NCBI RefSeq assembly: GCF_038025025.1
Contig: NW_027117346.1
Location: forward strand, 930,001 to 994,000
Length of the DNA: 64,000 nt
Direction of reading: 5' to 3'
From: Phyllosticta citribraziliensis
Taxonomy: Eukaryota
Part shown: piece by piece, positions 24,700-39,162 of the stretch
Numbering within the stretch: position 1 is the first letter of the stretch
How the letters are laid out: every line of letters begins with the position of its first letter
Made by a program: the position numbers and the translations under genes
Notes under the pieces: model-generated
What the model saw: only the letters and a program-made list of their open reading frames with translations
Databases searched by the model: none
Told to the model about the DNA's origin: nothing

Positions 24700-27078
24700 T
24701 CAGGCCTCGTCCCTCTCTCCCGGCTTGCCTCCTTCAGTCAAAATAACAATCCCGATGCAGGCCGCATATGCCTCTCTGATTGCGCAGGCCATGCACGTCT
24801 TTTCGATGTTGGCGATGATGGCACTGTGGCCATTATGCGCGCACCATGCTCTCGCCAGCACCTCGTTGTCGCTAACTCCCAGTGCTTCGACAACCAGCAC
24901 GCATTCCAAGTATGTGTTTGCTGGCTCTGTCTGTGTCAAAAGTGTCGTTTTTGAGCTGTTTCGAGATACCGATCCCGAGCCTTGATTCGCAGATGCGCGA
25001 GCCGGGCGGCGTCCCCAGTCGACAATATCCATCAGGCCATCGTCGACTCGGATCGCCCTATAGCTGTAGTCGTAGAACAGAACATGCGGTCCTTGGTGAC
25101 ACGGGTACGCCGAGACGAAGTCGACGTCGTATCTCAGTCTGAAAGACCGGCTCTCTCCTCCACAAGCAAAGATGATTGAAGCGTCCCACCACAAAGGCGC
25201 GCCCTCTCCCTGCCGCGACATTGATTGGTCCTTGACTGGAACAAAGCTCAACTTTTGGACCCGAATGTCGTTCGTCACCTCTTCCAATTCGGGCATAACC
25301 AATTCAAAATCATCGACAGGGTATTGTTCGTCTGCAGGGCCAAGCGGTTCCGTCCGTTCCTTCATTGTCAGTACGTCAAGCTTGACGACTTTGAACTCGG
25401 GTGGAGTGCTCTGTCTGACCTTGACACACTCGGTGCGCTTCAGGTCAGGACTGAAGTTGCATGGACCGATCCAGCCAGCAACTTGACTGACTCCGCGTGA
25501 CGCACCCAGGACCTTGCCAACGATCGACCTGTATGACCAGTATGTCACGGACTTGTATTGAAAGCCAGAGGCGGGGACGACATGGGTCAGGTACTTGAGC
25601 GGAGGACCCGTATCTTTGTCGCAATCAATCAGGGAATTCATGAGAAGCCAGGGAAGAGTCGGCCCTGGCAGAACGACGCCAGTGAACCACGTCATGGCGT
25701 CTGCCGAGCGCTCCTCCACTGCAACTTCTCCCCGGCCTTTCTCGTCGAGAATGTAATTCACTTCATCCAAGCCGGGCCACTTGAGTAGCTGCGCGAACCG
25801 CCGCAAGGCTTCTCTTTGCCGCCTCTTCATCCGAAGTTCAAAGCCAAAGTGGCTCTCTTTTGATGACGTTTTGACCTTTGTGATGCTCATGCACTGGAGC
25901 CATTTCTGAGCGACTGCCAGATCCCACAATATTTTTGGTGGCAGGGCCTGGAACAGGTGTTCCTTGGCCATCTCCTCGTGAGTGTCATGATGCACTCGGA
26001 GGTACAGCTCCATGGAAAGAAGCAACTGGTGAAAGAATTTGTGTTTCCTTGCAGGATCTTTGCTGTCGAAGAATTTGGCAACCACCTGATTCTTGGGCAG
26101 GCTAAAATCGACCCATTCATGGCTGTTTGAAAGTACCGTTATGAGGTCACTGATTTGCTTTTCCAAGCCTCTTGGTTCATCGTAGTTCAATGGACGCTCG
26201 AGCAGCGTTGAGTATAGAGCATGTGCAAGCTCGTCTGGGTGCTAAGACACTGGTTAGCGCGGTCCGTGTTGCTCTCTGCAGCCAGCGTGGGTATGACCAA
26301 CATCGCTATCAAATCCATTCTCCAAGCTACGCAACCGATCCAACGTATGTAAGATTTTCAGCTTCTTGGGCTTGGCATCTGTGTCGTATTTCAAGATCGT
26401 CTTCAGGGTGCCAGCCTGGCCTATACGATAATTCAAGGTCGTCGTGCCCGGGTATTTTCCAAACGCGTAAGCCATGCAAGGCTGTTCCAACGAAGTCCAC
26501 GGGAACGGAACAGGGCCAAAGATGGTCATGGTGCAGTCTTCGAAAGCCACGTGGGGGGCTTCGGCGCGATCGTTGCCCTCCGCATGCTCGTCCTCCTTGA
26601 TGGCGAAGAAGCGATAGTGGTCTGGAGGCGCGCCGGGGGCTTGACGGTATTCGCCAGCAAAGGTGGACGCGCCGGCGCAGACGAGATCTTCGGCCTGGAC
26701 TGGATCGAGCGTGTCCTCCAAAGTATAGCCGCGCGGAGGCCATTCTCGCCGGCGTCGAAAGTCTGCGAGCGGATCGACGGGTCTTGGAGACGGCGGGGGA
26801 TTGGGACCGTAGAGATGGGCATCATGCGAGCTAGTCTGTCGGTGTCGCACTGGCAGATCCCACTCGTCCTCAACCATTAGAGGCGGCGTAGGGTCAGAGA
26901 CGTGTCGGTCGGCGCGTGGACGGTGCGCGGGGCGCGGGGCGCGGTGTGGGGTAGGTTTGTGTCGACGCTGGATGAGATGGTAGTCAGTAGTGAACGCAAA
27001 GGCGCGCACAAGGTGGTACTGATACCGAAGAGTGAGAAGAAGAGGAAGGAGAGGCATTATACGGTTTCGACCGGCCAA
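24700..27078 (-). CDS. Fungal hypothetical protein of unknown function; 5' end unresolved (may extend to about 27460)
   Basis: Two long ORFs joined by an intron at about 26242-26301; globular-looking sequence (PSGFQY..WS..SIVGKVLGA, ARAWCAH.G, CMACAIREAYA). Confidence 0.75.
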
Positions 27079-27787
27079 CGTCGCTCTTCATGCCGCGATC
27101 ATGATTATAATACTGTACAAAGGTGCTACGACGTGTCAATGGGTTTACCTGTAATCGGACAAGAAGCAGTCGTGGGCTCGCGTGACGGTTGAGACACACC
27201 AAGCAGGTTGGATCAATGTGATCAGCTCAGTGTCGGACTTGGTCCATCGAATCCCACGCGGGGGGTCAGGATCTGGGAGCGCAGCTTTGTAGTCGTTCTG
27301 TCCAGCATCCAGATAGACAAGCAGCAAAGAGCGTGGTTTGAACGGTCAGGGCAAATGGGGCTCGAGAGTTTTGTTGGCAGGCGAGGAGGTGAAGGACGGC
27401 GGAGGTTGGCTGCCGAGAAAGGGTCGAAGTGGTGAAGGGGAGTGATCCATGGCTGGCCATGCAAAAGCAAAGAGGCATGGAAGAGGGTGGTTGTTTGCGC
27501 GTGGCGGCCAGGCCGGCTCTAAACGCAGCGCAACCTCGTCGACACGCCAGCCCATCCTATTGGGCCAGCACAGCACCCGCCTACTGCATGTCCGCGGTAC
27601 CTACGCCAATTGCTTTCACTTCTTGGCAGCTTGGGAAGAGAAGAAAAAAAGTTAAGGACATCGAGAGGACTTTCTTCGTGGTATCCGCGCTGTGAAATGC
27701 CTTGCAATGCTGCCCCCGAACGCCCCAATTGAAAATGCTATCCTCCCTGCCGCTCGTAGACTTGCTCTGCCCGGCTCCGCCTTGTGC

Positions 27788-28857
27788 TCACTGGTCCGAC
27801 GCTGCTTCAGCCGCAATCTGCTCAACAATGTAGCCCTGGCCTCGCTCTACCAGACTGGTATAGTAATCAACTAGCACCTCAGGCTTTGGGACGATCCGCC
27901 ACTCTAGGCGTGTGAGAAACTCCATTTCTAAAAGGGCCAGTTCCCTCGTGCTGACACCGCCGACCCTGGCGTACGTGTTGTTGGTCCAAAAGCTGTCGCT
28001 GAGACCCTTGGAGGCAACGGTGGCGGCGGCGATCAGGAACCGGTGCACCGTGAGGCTGCTGATGGTAAATGCGGGGTACAAGAGGCACAGTCGGTCAATG
28101 TAGTAGACCATTGAAAGCAAGATGGGCGGAGAGAGTGTCGCATGAACTATGAGACGATTCAAGTAGTCGCCGACTGATATACTCGGAGGAGCCCTGCGGC
28201 CAAAGTCAGAAAATTTTGGCGCCAGGTGCATGGCAGGAGGGCTCACCGAGAGTGGAAGCGCGTCAACTGGCCGTCCTGCAGCGGCAATCCGTCGTTCAAG
28301 CGGACCAGCTCCATGAGCATGTCGGATATCAGAACGCCCAAGTCTTTGACATTACATGTCTCGTATCGCAAAGGCATCACCTTGACGGCGTCTTGTTCTG
28401 GGGCTTGGGTTGGCGTGGGTGAGGGGTCTTGCGGCGGCGGCTGGGGTTCTTCATGCTTCTGCGGTGTAGCGCGAGGGTCCTGCGAGTGGGCATCGTGCAG
28501 AGTAGCCTTGACTGCGGCAGTGGTGGTCGTGTCGCCAGAGGGCAGCGTCTCGCGGCGTTTTGTCCTGGCGCGGACTTGAGAGGGATCGAAAGAGGCGCTC
28601 GAGGTGCGCTTGCCGGGGGTCGTGCGCTCGGGAGGGGTGTACTGGGTGGCAGCATCGGCCGTCTGGCGCTTCAGTACGGGGGAGCGGGCGGCGGAGGACG
28701 GCGAGGCCGTCGCCATGATTGAGGGAGAGGCATCAGTGCGCCTTGCGGCGGGAGTGAAGGGGCGCGGAGAGGGCGCCGACGAGGTCGAGGAGCGACAGGA
28801 GGCGTGGGGATTGAGCTGGACGGTGGGCGAGGTGGGCGACGACGAATTAGCTAGCAT
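27788..28857 (-). CDS. PHO80: Pho80-family cyclin (PREG-like)
   Basis: LTRFHSR|APPSISVGDYLNRL, YYIDRLC, SLTVHRFLI, SKGLSDSFWTN..YARVGG, ELALLEMEFL. Confidence 0.9.
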
Positions 28858-29208
28858 GGCCGTTTGCCGCGACGCATGTTTTAGTGACGACAGGATTCAT
28901 CGAGAGGAGCGCGCGCCAGTGCCTCACAACGCGATAGACATTACCTTATATACCGTCCGCCAAGCGTGTGCCTCGCGGGCCAATCACGTCTCCGCATCTG
29001 CCACACGCTCTGCTGCCCGCCGCTGCTAAGGCTGGAGCCACGGCCTCTGCTCCACCGGGCCCCAGAATTATGATGAGAATTTGACTGATACAACTGATAT
29101 ACTATCTAGGTACATGACAAGCCGCCTCCAAGTCCAAACTCGATTCACCACCACCGCCCTCCCTTCGGCTCCGCAACCCACTTCCCGACTTCCGCCCTGC
29201 TCTAACGC

Positions 29209-30436
29209 CTACCCGGCCATTTCGTGCACACTCGCCTTCTTCTGGCTGAGACCCCGTGTCTGTATAGGCGGCGGCGGGCTGACGCTGGACGGCAGTTCGT
29301 TCCTGTCCCTGATTAGCCCATGTCCGGCATTGCTGGCCTCATCCACGAACCCTGTCTGGTAAAGTCCGACCTCGTGAAAGTTCCCACGGAAGCCGCCCAC
29401 CGGCGATTGGATCGTGCTGTAGTCGACTGGAGAGTACGTGGGCGGTACTGCTGATGTATATCCGTCGCTTCTCGGAAAGAAAGCGCCTCCTGGACTTTGG
29501 TATGTCTGGGGACTGCCAACGGGCGACTTGAGCGCCACCTCCTCCTTGAGGGACTTGTTGCGGCCAAAAAAGAAGAAGAGCGCCCCTATTAGAGCCACCA
29601 CCGCTATAGCTCCGACCACCAGGCCACCTATGGCTCCTCCAGAAAGGCCCCCACTGTCGTTGCTGGATGTTGGGGAACCAGTGCTCGTAGGGATGGAGCC
29701 CCTGACCGAGGTCGAATCGGCTTCCGAGGGAAAGCTCTCACCAGGGCTGAGCGCGTATGAGCTGTCGCCGGCTCTCTCCTTTTGGACCTGTAAAGAGGTC
29801 GTCTTGTTCTGTTCAAGTCAGCCTTTGCCATTCCTCAGAGTACAAAGACTTGGAGGTGGTGACGCACAGGATTTATCACTCCAACCATCTCGTAGTTGAT
29901 ACAGCTCCCCGGAGCCGAGCAGTAGAAGAAAATTGGTAGAGTATCATTGACCCTGACCCTGAAAATGGGTGGCTTATGGAAGTTAGTAGCAAGAATCAGC
30001 GCGTTAGCTGCCAGACACTCACATCGTTGAGGATAGCATCGACCGGCCGGAATCCAGAGTAAAAACCAGCCTTGCCCACTCCCGTCATCTCATAGGGGAC
30101 ACATGGGTATCCATATTCGGCACGGACAATCGAGTGGTTGACCGGGTAGAATTGGAACTGTATGATGTCGCCGACAGGAGCTTGCACAACGTCTGGTTCA
30201 AACTTGTGGTCTAGTTTGCCTACCAGGATCGTATGCGTCGTGACGGCCGAGTTTGTAGCTGATGGTGCTCCCACCCGCGTCACCGAAATGGCCTGAGCGG
30301 AAGCTGAGGACCTTGGGGCAGAAACGCCAGATCCATTGGTTGAAATGGTCTGCGACATGGTCTGGCCGTTGGTGCCCATGGCCAGGACCAAAAGGCTTGC
30401 GATGGCCGCTGTAAACATCTGCGCTGATCGAGTCAT
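29209..30436 (-). CDS. Extracellular Ser/Thr-rich cupredoxin-like single-pass membrane protein
   Basis: Signal peptide; THTILVG..FEPD..A.VGD.IQFQFYP.NHS.VRAEY.YPC; FFYCSAPGSC; GGAIGG-TM helix. Confidence 0.82.
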
Positions 30437-30975
30437 TGCTTTGTCTTGGGATTGACGAGGCGAAGAGGTGAGTGCGAAGTCTCGTGAAGCGCAGAGTCAG
30501 CGAGCCATGTGGGTATCATGGTTCGGGACAAAGGACTTGCAGCGACGGTGGTCAAGAAGATCTCGAACGTGATCAAAACGCCTCGAAATGGAACAATCTG
30601 GCAGGTTCATTGTCCCGGTAAATGAGTTCTTTGTGCCCTCTGGTGTGTTTGGCGCCGCTGTCCGATCCTGCCTGTCCGTGGAAAGCCTAGTAGATACAGA
30701 GAATCATGCTGGTCACTTCGTTGATTTGTGCCTTTTTGTAGTCATACTCGAAGATCAGACCAAAAGAAAGACTGACAGGAAGGCTCCCAGTCGGCAACAT
30801 GGAAACAACCGTAACTGCCTCCAAACAACACAGCGGTCGACGCTCAGAAGTTTTGGTTTGGTACACAGAACCGAGGTAGAAAACCCGTTGTTGGAGAGCA
30901 ATACCGGTGAGGCACGATCGCCTTGTATTGGATGGGCCCTTCGAACAAAGCGTCTTGGAAGGAGAGGTCCTGTCA

Positions 30976-32044
30976 CTATTCGGCCATTCTCCGTGCAGCT
31001 GGCATCTTCTTGCGCTCCTTTCCAGTGGCCTTCTTCCGCCGCCTCTCCATCAACTTGTCCCGATCCTTGCCCTTCATGTCCTTGAATTTGTCGACAAGGG
31101 CTAACTTCTTCGCCTCGGCTGTGATCGATTGGGTTAGCATTTGCGTCTCTGGAGACAAAGCCGGGCTGCTCACATTTCTTGAGGTAGTAAGGCGTCTTGC
31201 CCTGCTTGATTTCCTCCTTCTGACTCTTCTTGTGTTCGCGAACAACCTTCTCTTGCCGTTCCTTTGATTCTCTAGCCTTCTTCTGGCTTTCCATGCTCAG
31301 CAGCTTGCGCTTCAGAATCTCCTTGTCCTCCTCGTTCTTTGTTTTCTTGATGGTAGCCTTAAGTTCGGCCATTTCCGATTCGCGATACTGGTCCAGGAAT
31401 GCATATTTATGCTTCACTTTGTTCTCGTCTATAGGGCCAGACATCTTGTCAAAACGCGGGTCCCGAGCCACGCGCTTCTTTGTGGGGACGACTTCTCGCT
31501 TGCGACTGACGGGCTTCTTGCTGGTCATAACAGCTGGCGCGTTCTTGGACTTGCGTTTCTTCGAGGACGCCTCTTCTTCAGAGTCTGAGCTTTCAGAGCC
31601 ATTGTCGGAATCTGATTCCAGTGGTTCCCGCTTGCCGGGCTTCTTTGGGGCTTCGACGTCCATATTGGTGTTTCCCTTGATCTTCTTCAGCTGTCGCAGA
31701 CGCTCGCGCAAGGCCTGCAGTTTGTCCTCCTGGTCCGCGGTATTTTCTGCGCCTCGCTTGCGTTTCCTCGTGGTGCCATCCTTGTGTAGACTGTCGTGCG
31801 CCTTTGCCAGTGTTCCGAACGATATTTTGCTCAGTTGCTCTTGCACGTCTTCATCTTGGTGGGCTTCCGCGTCCGCATCGTCATCGTCATCCGAAGCCGA
31901 GTCGGGGTCTGTGCCAATGTCGCCGCCTTCGCCCGTGTCCAACACAGACGGCGAACTGGCTTCGAGCTCGTCGGAGTAAGGTTCGGACGCGGAATCATCG
32001 TCTCGGGCTCGCAGGGAGCGGCCCAATGTACGGGAGAGGACCAT
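30976..32044 (-). CDS. RRP36: rRNA biogenesis protein Rrp36 (DUF947)
   Basis: ISFGTLAKA, KNAPAVMTSKKPVSRKR, RDPRFD, YAFLDQYRESE, GKTPYYLKK; intron at about 31119-31172. Confidence 0.93.
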
Positions 32045-33131
32045 GGCGACGTTAATCCGGCGGGTTTCAGGGTTGGAATGCGCGTTTTTCGGAGTGAAGA
32101 TTCAAGGTCGCGACAAGAATCGAACGTCGGGGCCGGGGAAGAGCGGGCCGGGCGCTCATCCCAACTGGGTGGACCCTGAACTCGTACAGCCCTTCCAGCC
32201 ACAGCAGCCACAGTCATCATGCTGTTCTGTGAAACCCTTGCTGTTCCTACTTCAAGCGTCATCACAACGATTGGTGGTTTGGTTGTTTTATCTTGCGAGC
32301 TACCAAGACTCGAACTTTTATCAAATTCCAATTTCATTGATGGGTGACACACCACCATTCAATTCGTGTATTGAGACAGCATAAAGCGCAGAGAGCGATT
32401 TCAGTCTTCACATGCCGCACTGTCCGAAGTACTTTCTTATTGGACAGCCCGGTTCACAAACAGACAACACTACTAGAAAGGTTCGAGCTGTGCCATCAGC
32501 TCAACATTCGTTGCTGTCTGTCACTAAACCCTAGACTGATAACTCGATTCCCGCTTTCCATTCCTGTGCATGGACAGTCGTTAGTGGGTTGTGGGTCTCA
32601 GGAGTCATAAGCTGTAAAAACAAATCATGAAACAAGAACATTTGGAGTTTGCCCTCGAGAAGTGTCATGAATTGTAGCCGAAGCTACGAAGGATTGTGAG
32701 CGACATAGCTGCGATATGACTGGTGAAAGCCGCAAGTTGCCAAATGCCAAACCCGTAGCTAGGGAATTGAGAGAATAAGCGACGCATATTCCAGCAGAAA
32801 TAAAGTGCATAATCATTAAAGTCAATCTACAGTCATCCAATACCGCATCTGAATTTGAAGTCGTAGTCATGAGCTCATGAGCATACGACCATGAGCTTTG
32901 CCCCTCCCCATGGTAAAGGGAATCATAACAAATCCCCATGCTGATCCCACCGTCAAGTCATGAAAAATGAGCAGGAAAAGACAGGAACCGGAGATTGCGA
33001 GCAGACTTCTCATCGATGGGTGATCGGATGCCAAAGCGCGGCTCGATCCCCTTCTTCATGACGCCAGGTCGCCCCGTTGGTCGCATAAAGTCCAGGAACT
33101 GTGTATGCAGCGAATCGAAGGCAGCGAGGCC

Positions 33132-34102
<971 letters not shown>

Positions 34103-35419
34103 TGTTGCGGAGTCGGGTCTCGACAGATGGCAGCGCGCGGAGTGGAGGGTGGAGGAGTCGCAAATCTAGCGGGAAAAAAAGTGGTGGGACGCAGATGACG
34201 GCAACAGAAAGCAGGCCAGGGGAAGGGGAGCAGTCGAGCTTGACGGACTTTGTCGGGGTGTGGAGCAGCTGGACTGGTGGGATGTATGGTGGCCTCCTCG
34301 TTGGCTGATGCGACCTTGTCCGGGGCGGTCTACCGGTAAGGTGCTGCAGAGGCACGTGATGGGCGGCGTCACCAACCAATCTGCATTCACCGCCTTGGAG
34401 CTCGGGCCCCATGGCTGTCCGCCCGGCTGGACGTCTGCAGAGTGGCACGTGCGCCTGTGTCCACCCCACCGGCACCCGGCCGTTCGTTTGACGACTAAAC
34501 CACCACTGCAGATAAAGACGCGCCTAGGTGGTCAACAGAGCGGAGCTTGTTACATCGACGGTTCACGGTCCCTGATCCATAAAGCTACTACCGTCCCTGA
34601 CTTGAGCCCTGCACTTCTCCTCTCCCTGCTGGTCTGCTTGGAATCAACCAACAAACTGTGCCTGACTCGCTCCATCTCCCATCGCCTACCACGAACGTCA
34701 ATTCTGTAGGTAGTCGCATACATGGATGGTATCAGGCGATGAGCCGGCTGGAGCATTCAAGTGCCTGCAGTCCAAGGCGGACATCCGAGTTTCGGGCCCA
34801 GCGTCTGCATCCGATGGTGGTGAATGGTCATGCAGGTCAAGATGAGCTCCAAGGTAATCCATGTGGGTCGGGCTGCTATCCTGGTAGAAAAAAGAAACAC
34901 CGACTATCATGAACACGTCAAATCCAGTCTATACAGATTTGACGCGTTTCACTCGTCGCTCGCGACCACGAACGACACATCAATTCTTGTAGAGACGGGC
35001 CACGCTAAAAACCACACTTCCGCAACTCATCCGCGCGCGTTTTCTGCTGCACCTAGCCGCGACTTGGTTCTGCTCCCGGCCCCGCACAGGTCGAGCTTTC
35101 CTTCCTGACCCCAGAGCCAGGGACTGTGGAGACTGCCCTGGAGCGGTACATGACTACATACCGTAGACTTTTCCAGCGCTTGACGCCCTTCCCGTTTCTT
35201 CCGCTCTCCACTAGCACATTTCCCTTCGCAAACGGCCCGCCCTAATCCTCCAACACCCAACTACACACATACAGTACCTACACTAGGTACAGCGCGTCCC
35301 GCCTCCATTTCGGGCACCTGTCGTCATCCTGCCATTGTTTACTGCTCCCTATCGCATCGCGGTCGCGTCGACGCGCACGTCGTCAATCTCCCTGCCGCCC
35401 AAAAGATTACTTCGCCGCC

Positions 35420-36648
35420 ATGGCCTCGAGATGGCGCGACGAGGATTCTGAATGTTCCGATACATCCCTCGCCTCCACCCAGGACAGTGAGCCTGCCGAC
35501 GACTACACCGTCGAATGTGTCGTTGCTCGAAGGCCCGATGGTGATGGCGATTATGAGTATTTAGTACGCTGGGAAGGTTACCCCGAGCACAGGTAAGGTG
35601 CGCCATCTTCCAACTCCGCCTGCAAACTAAGTTGAAAAGGAACACTTGGGAACCAGTTTCTAGCTTTGCTAGTGAACAAGCAGTCAAGGAATTGTGGCGA
35701 GAGCGACTGCAAGCAGAGAGGCGCGGCAAGACTCCTCCTTTTGACCTCGACGGGTGGGAGAGGGACCAGTACGATCGCGAGGCGGCGGCTGAACGACGAA
35801 GGGCGAAGCGGCGCAAAGAAAGAGCCAGGAGAAAAGCTGCGAAGTCAAAGAGAGCCAGACTCACCCCGAAGAAAAGGAAACTAGACACCTCGAGCGAAAC
35901 CCATCGTTCAACCAAGAAACTCTCGTCAAAACGCCGTCATGTCTTGCTGGACGACTCTTCCTCTTCCTCTTCCGATGATGATATACCTCTTGTCAAATCC
36001 ACTTCCAGACAGCCCCGTTCGCAGGATACGAGGACAGATTCGCCAGTCTCAGATCTGATAGACTCTCATCTCTCCACGCCATCCTCAAGCCTTTTCGTCC
36101 ACAGCAGCGATCTTCCACTCAATCCACCACCTCCTCCAAAACCGAGGCCAATTGCGAACATGAAACCATTGTCTCAACCAACATCAGCGAATCAAAATCA
36201 GTCGGGCAATCCGAAGGCTCCCACAGGGGAGCGTCCTGGGCCTCCACCAACACCAGCGAATCAAAATCAGTCGGGCAGTTCAAATACTCCCGGAGTTCAG
36301 CAGCCTCAACCAACGAATGCCCCCACAGCGCAGCGTCCTCAGCCTCAATCAACGAACGCTCCCGCAGTGCAGCGTTCTCAACCTCCACCTATCTTCCAGC
36401 GTTCGAAACTAATTCAACGCGAGCGCAACAACGGCCCTGGTCGTCCTCGTGGTCCTCAGATGCATAGCAACGGCCGCATACGAACCAATGCCGAATTGTT
36501 CCGTATTTTAAACGGCCAGCGGAACCTGAATGAAAGGCCCGATCTCGAGGCCTTGAACTTCATCGACTTGAAAACTGGCCAAGATGACACGGCAACACAC
36601 GACGCTCTGGTCCGGCAAAGGAATCTCCTCCAACAACAACAGCAATAG
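35420..36648 (+). CDS. Chromodomain protein (N-terminal chromo, disordered C-terminus), about 390 aa
   Basis: DYTVECVVARRPDGDGDYEYLVRWEGYPEHR|NTWEP; intron 35593-35639. Confidence 0.82.
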
Positions 36649-37268
36649 CCACAACAATGATGGTGTATGGGACCTGCTTCATAGTGCTTGGGGACCACGG
36701 TGCCCAATTACTTCTTCATCGGGAGTTTGAAGAAGTCAGGTGCGGGAAATGGCTGAGTATAGGGAGAATTCGTGCCGAACAACAGCTGTACACAGCGCTT
36801 ATTGGCTGGATTGAAAACGGCCAACTGGGGAGCCAGGACAGAACTTGGAGGGGAACACCTACCTGAAAAAACGATGTAATGACCTCGCTAAATAATAGCT
36901 TCGACGGCACGAAATGTGCGCCACCCATTCTCTAGTGTATTGGGCTTCTGCCACACTTAAAGGAGCATTCATCTACTGCCACAGCCGTACTCAAGAAGCA
37001 TTCATTCACTGCCACAGCCGCACATTGTGTTGGTTTGCTTAACTCGCGAATTTACGATTCTATGTACAAAAGCTGCAGGTTTGTTGAATTAGCAGCAAAG
37101 AACCCTGACACGGAAAGATGAGAGAAAATATTAGCAGCAAAAGTGCGAAGAACCCGAGAAATTTTGCGCCGCCCATGTCTAAAATGACGCCTGCTGTCCA
37201 AGGGTATGCCGTTCTCCTCCAGTCCCTCATACTCTGATATAGACAGTGCTGTGTCTGCCACCTTCTCC

Positions 37269-38154
37269 CTAACAACATCCACCTCCTCGGTTCATTGCGT
37301 TCGCAGCCGCCACGTCGTTCATGCCCAAGTTGACCGTTCTCGCCGTATTACCACCACCGGCGTTCGCACTCTTGACACCAGACCTTCGGTCGTTGAGGTC
37401 GTACCTGCCAGCCTCGATGTTTTGATAGATGCGCTCTGCGACCTCGAGAAACGCGCGCTCAACGTTCTCCCCACTTTTGGCAGACGTCTCGACGTACTCC
37501 ATGACTCTGTTTTGCCGACACCACTCCTCGGCCTCCTCGCGCGTCACTTGCCTCTTGTTGTCCTGGTGGGCATGCGGATGCTCTGCTCCGTCGGCTCCTG
37601 GAGCTGGCGCCACGGTGCTGGAGGGCGCCAGATCGGCCTTGTTTCCAACAAGCACGACGACGATATTTTCCTCTGCAATCTGCCGCAGGTCTTGTAGCCA
37701 AGAAGTTGCGCTTTGGAAGGTGGAGCGGCGCGTAATGTCGAAGACGAGAAGAGCGCCGCTGGCGCCGCGGAAATACGATCGCGTGATGGATTTGTAAGTT
37801 TCCTGGCCGGCCGTGTCCCACAGCGAAAGCTTCATGTACTTTTGCGGTTGCACGGCGGCTTTCTTGGCGGTCGCCGTGTGCTGGTCTGCATCCGGGGCCT
37901 TGTTGGGATCGTTGATGCCGAGCGCCTGTGACGCCGGGGGGCCAACGGGCACGATGCGCGATCCGAATTCAACGCCGATGGTCACATCGTGATGCGGTGA
38001 GAAGCGGCCTTCGCACAGCCGGACCGTTAGCTATGTAGCATTAGCAGAATGTTTGAGTCTGCGGGGGAAGTGGGTTTCTTCTCACACTAGATTTGCCGCA
38101 TCCAGAGTCGCCCAACGATACTATCTTTGCAATGTAGTGCCACTCTTGCGACAT
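37269..38154 (-). CDS. Rab4/Rab2-like small GTPase (Ypt4-like)
   Basis: MSQEWHYIAKIVSLGDSGCGKSS|LTVRLCEGRF..VTIGVEFGS, WDTAGQETYKSITRSYFRGA, NKAD, ETSAK, C-terminal GGCC. Confidence 0.92.
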
Positions 38155-39162
38155 TTATGGAGAAGCGGAGGGAGGTCTTGGGCGGTAGGGCAGACTGGTC
38201 AGGTTGACCGAAAATAGGGACAAGGGCGCAAATAGAAGCGGTGGTTTGCCCAAGGACAAAGGACGGGCGTCAATGGTCAAGTAGAGGGCGACAACCGCAG
38301 CAAAAGAGAGGCAGACAAGGGCAGAAGCGCACGGTAGCGAGACGACCAAGGCGCAGGACGGTGTGGAGGGGCACAGCAGCGCTGCGGAGTCGATGCAGTA
38401 CAGTGACAGGGAGCGCAGGACGAGGACGTGCGGGTCGGGCGTTGTGTTGAGGTCTGCTGGGCTGGTTGATCTGATTGATTGCGGTGATGACGTCTCGGGC
38501 GAGGATCCGGGGTTGGAGCGATTGCCTGAACTTCGGCGGGAGCCTTCCTTGACCTCGACCTCTCCATCTATTATTCACCTCGAGGTATTATTATCAGTCC
38601 TCGCTCCTCCAACGCCACAAACACGTCTCGGTCAGACCCCTCGACCATCACGCAGTCCGGTCCATTGATCCCACGCCACGGTAGGCCGTCGTGGCCCGCT
38701 GCCAACGGCTGCCGCCGGTCCCTCGTTGCTTCATCACTCCGCGCCGGCCCATTCACCGCCCGCTAGGCTCGCTGCCTCACTTCGCACTGCCTAGCCTCAA
38801 CACCACGACCCGTATCCCTTGCCATCTCTCCCAGCTGCGACGGCCTCTCGAGCGCCTACCCGGCCGAGCAAGCCATCATGTTCTCCGAATGTAGGTCACT
38901 CACGCAACCACATGCTGCTGCCGTCGCAAGCTCGTGACTGGCCTTGTCTCACCCGCTCGCCTTTGACCTCGCGTGACTGTCCCAAGCTCACCCAATATCT
39001 ACAGATGCCTCCCGATTCCTCGCGCAGTCTCAGTCGCGTCTTCTCGGCGCCCAGGACAACGCAGATACCCAGTCCCGCACCCGCTCCGCTCGCCATTCCC
39101 GAGGACAAGGCCCTGGAGCCTCGAGGCACCACAGCTCTCGATCCTACTTGCAAAAGCCAGCC

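Noticed and set aside
36965..37020. 23-bp direct repeat GCATTCAT..ACTGCCACAGCCG (also a 12-bp duplication at about 16411)
   Set aside because: Two copies only; an ordinary local slippage duplication, not an array.
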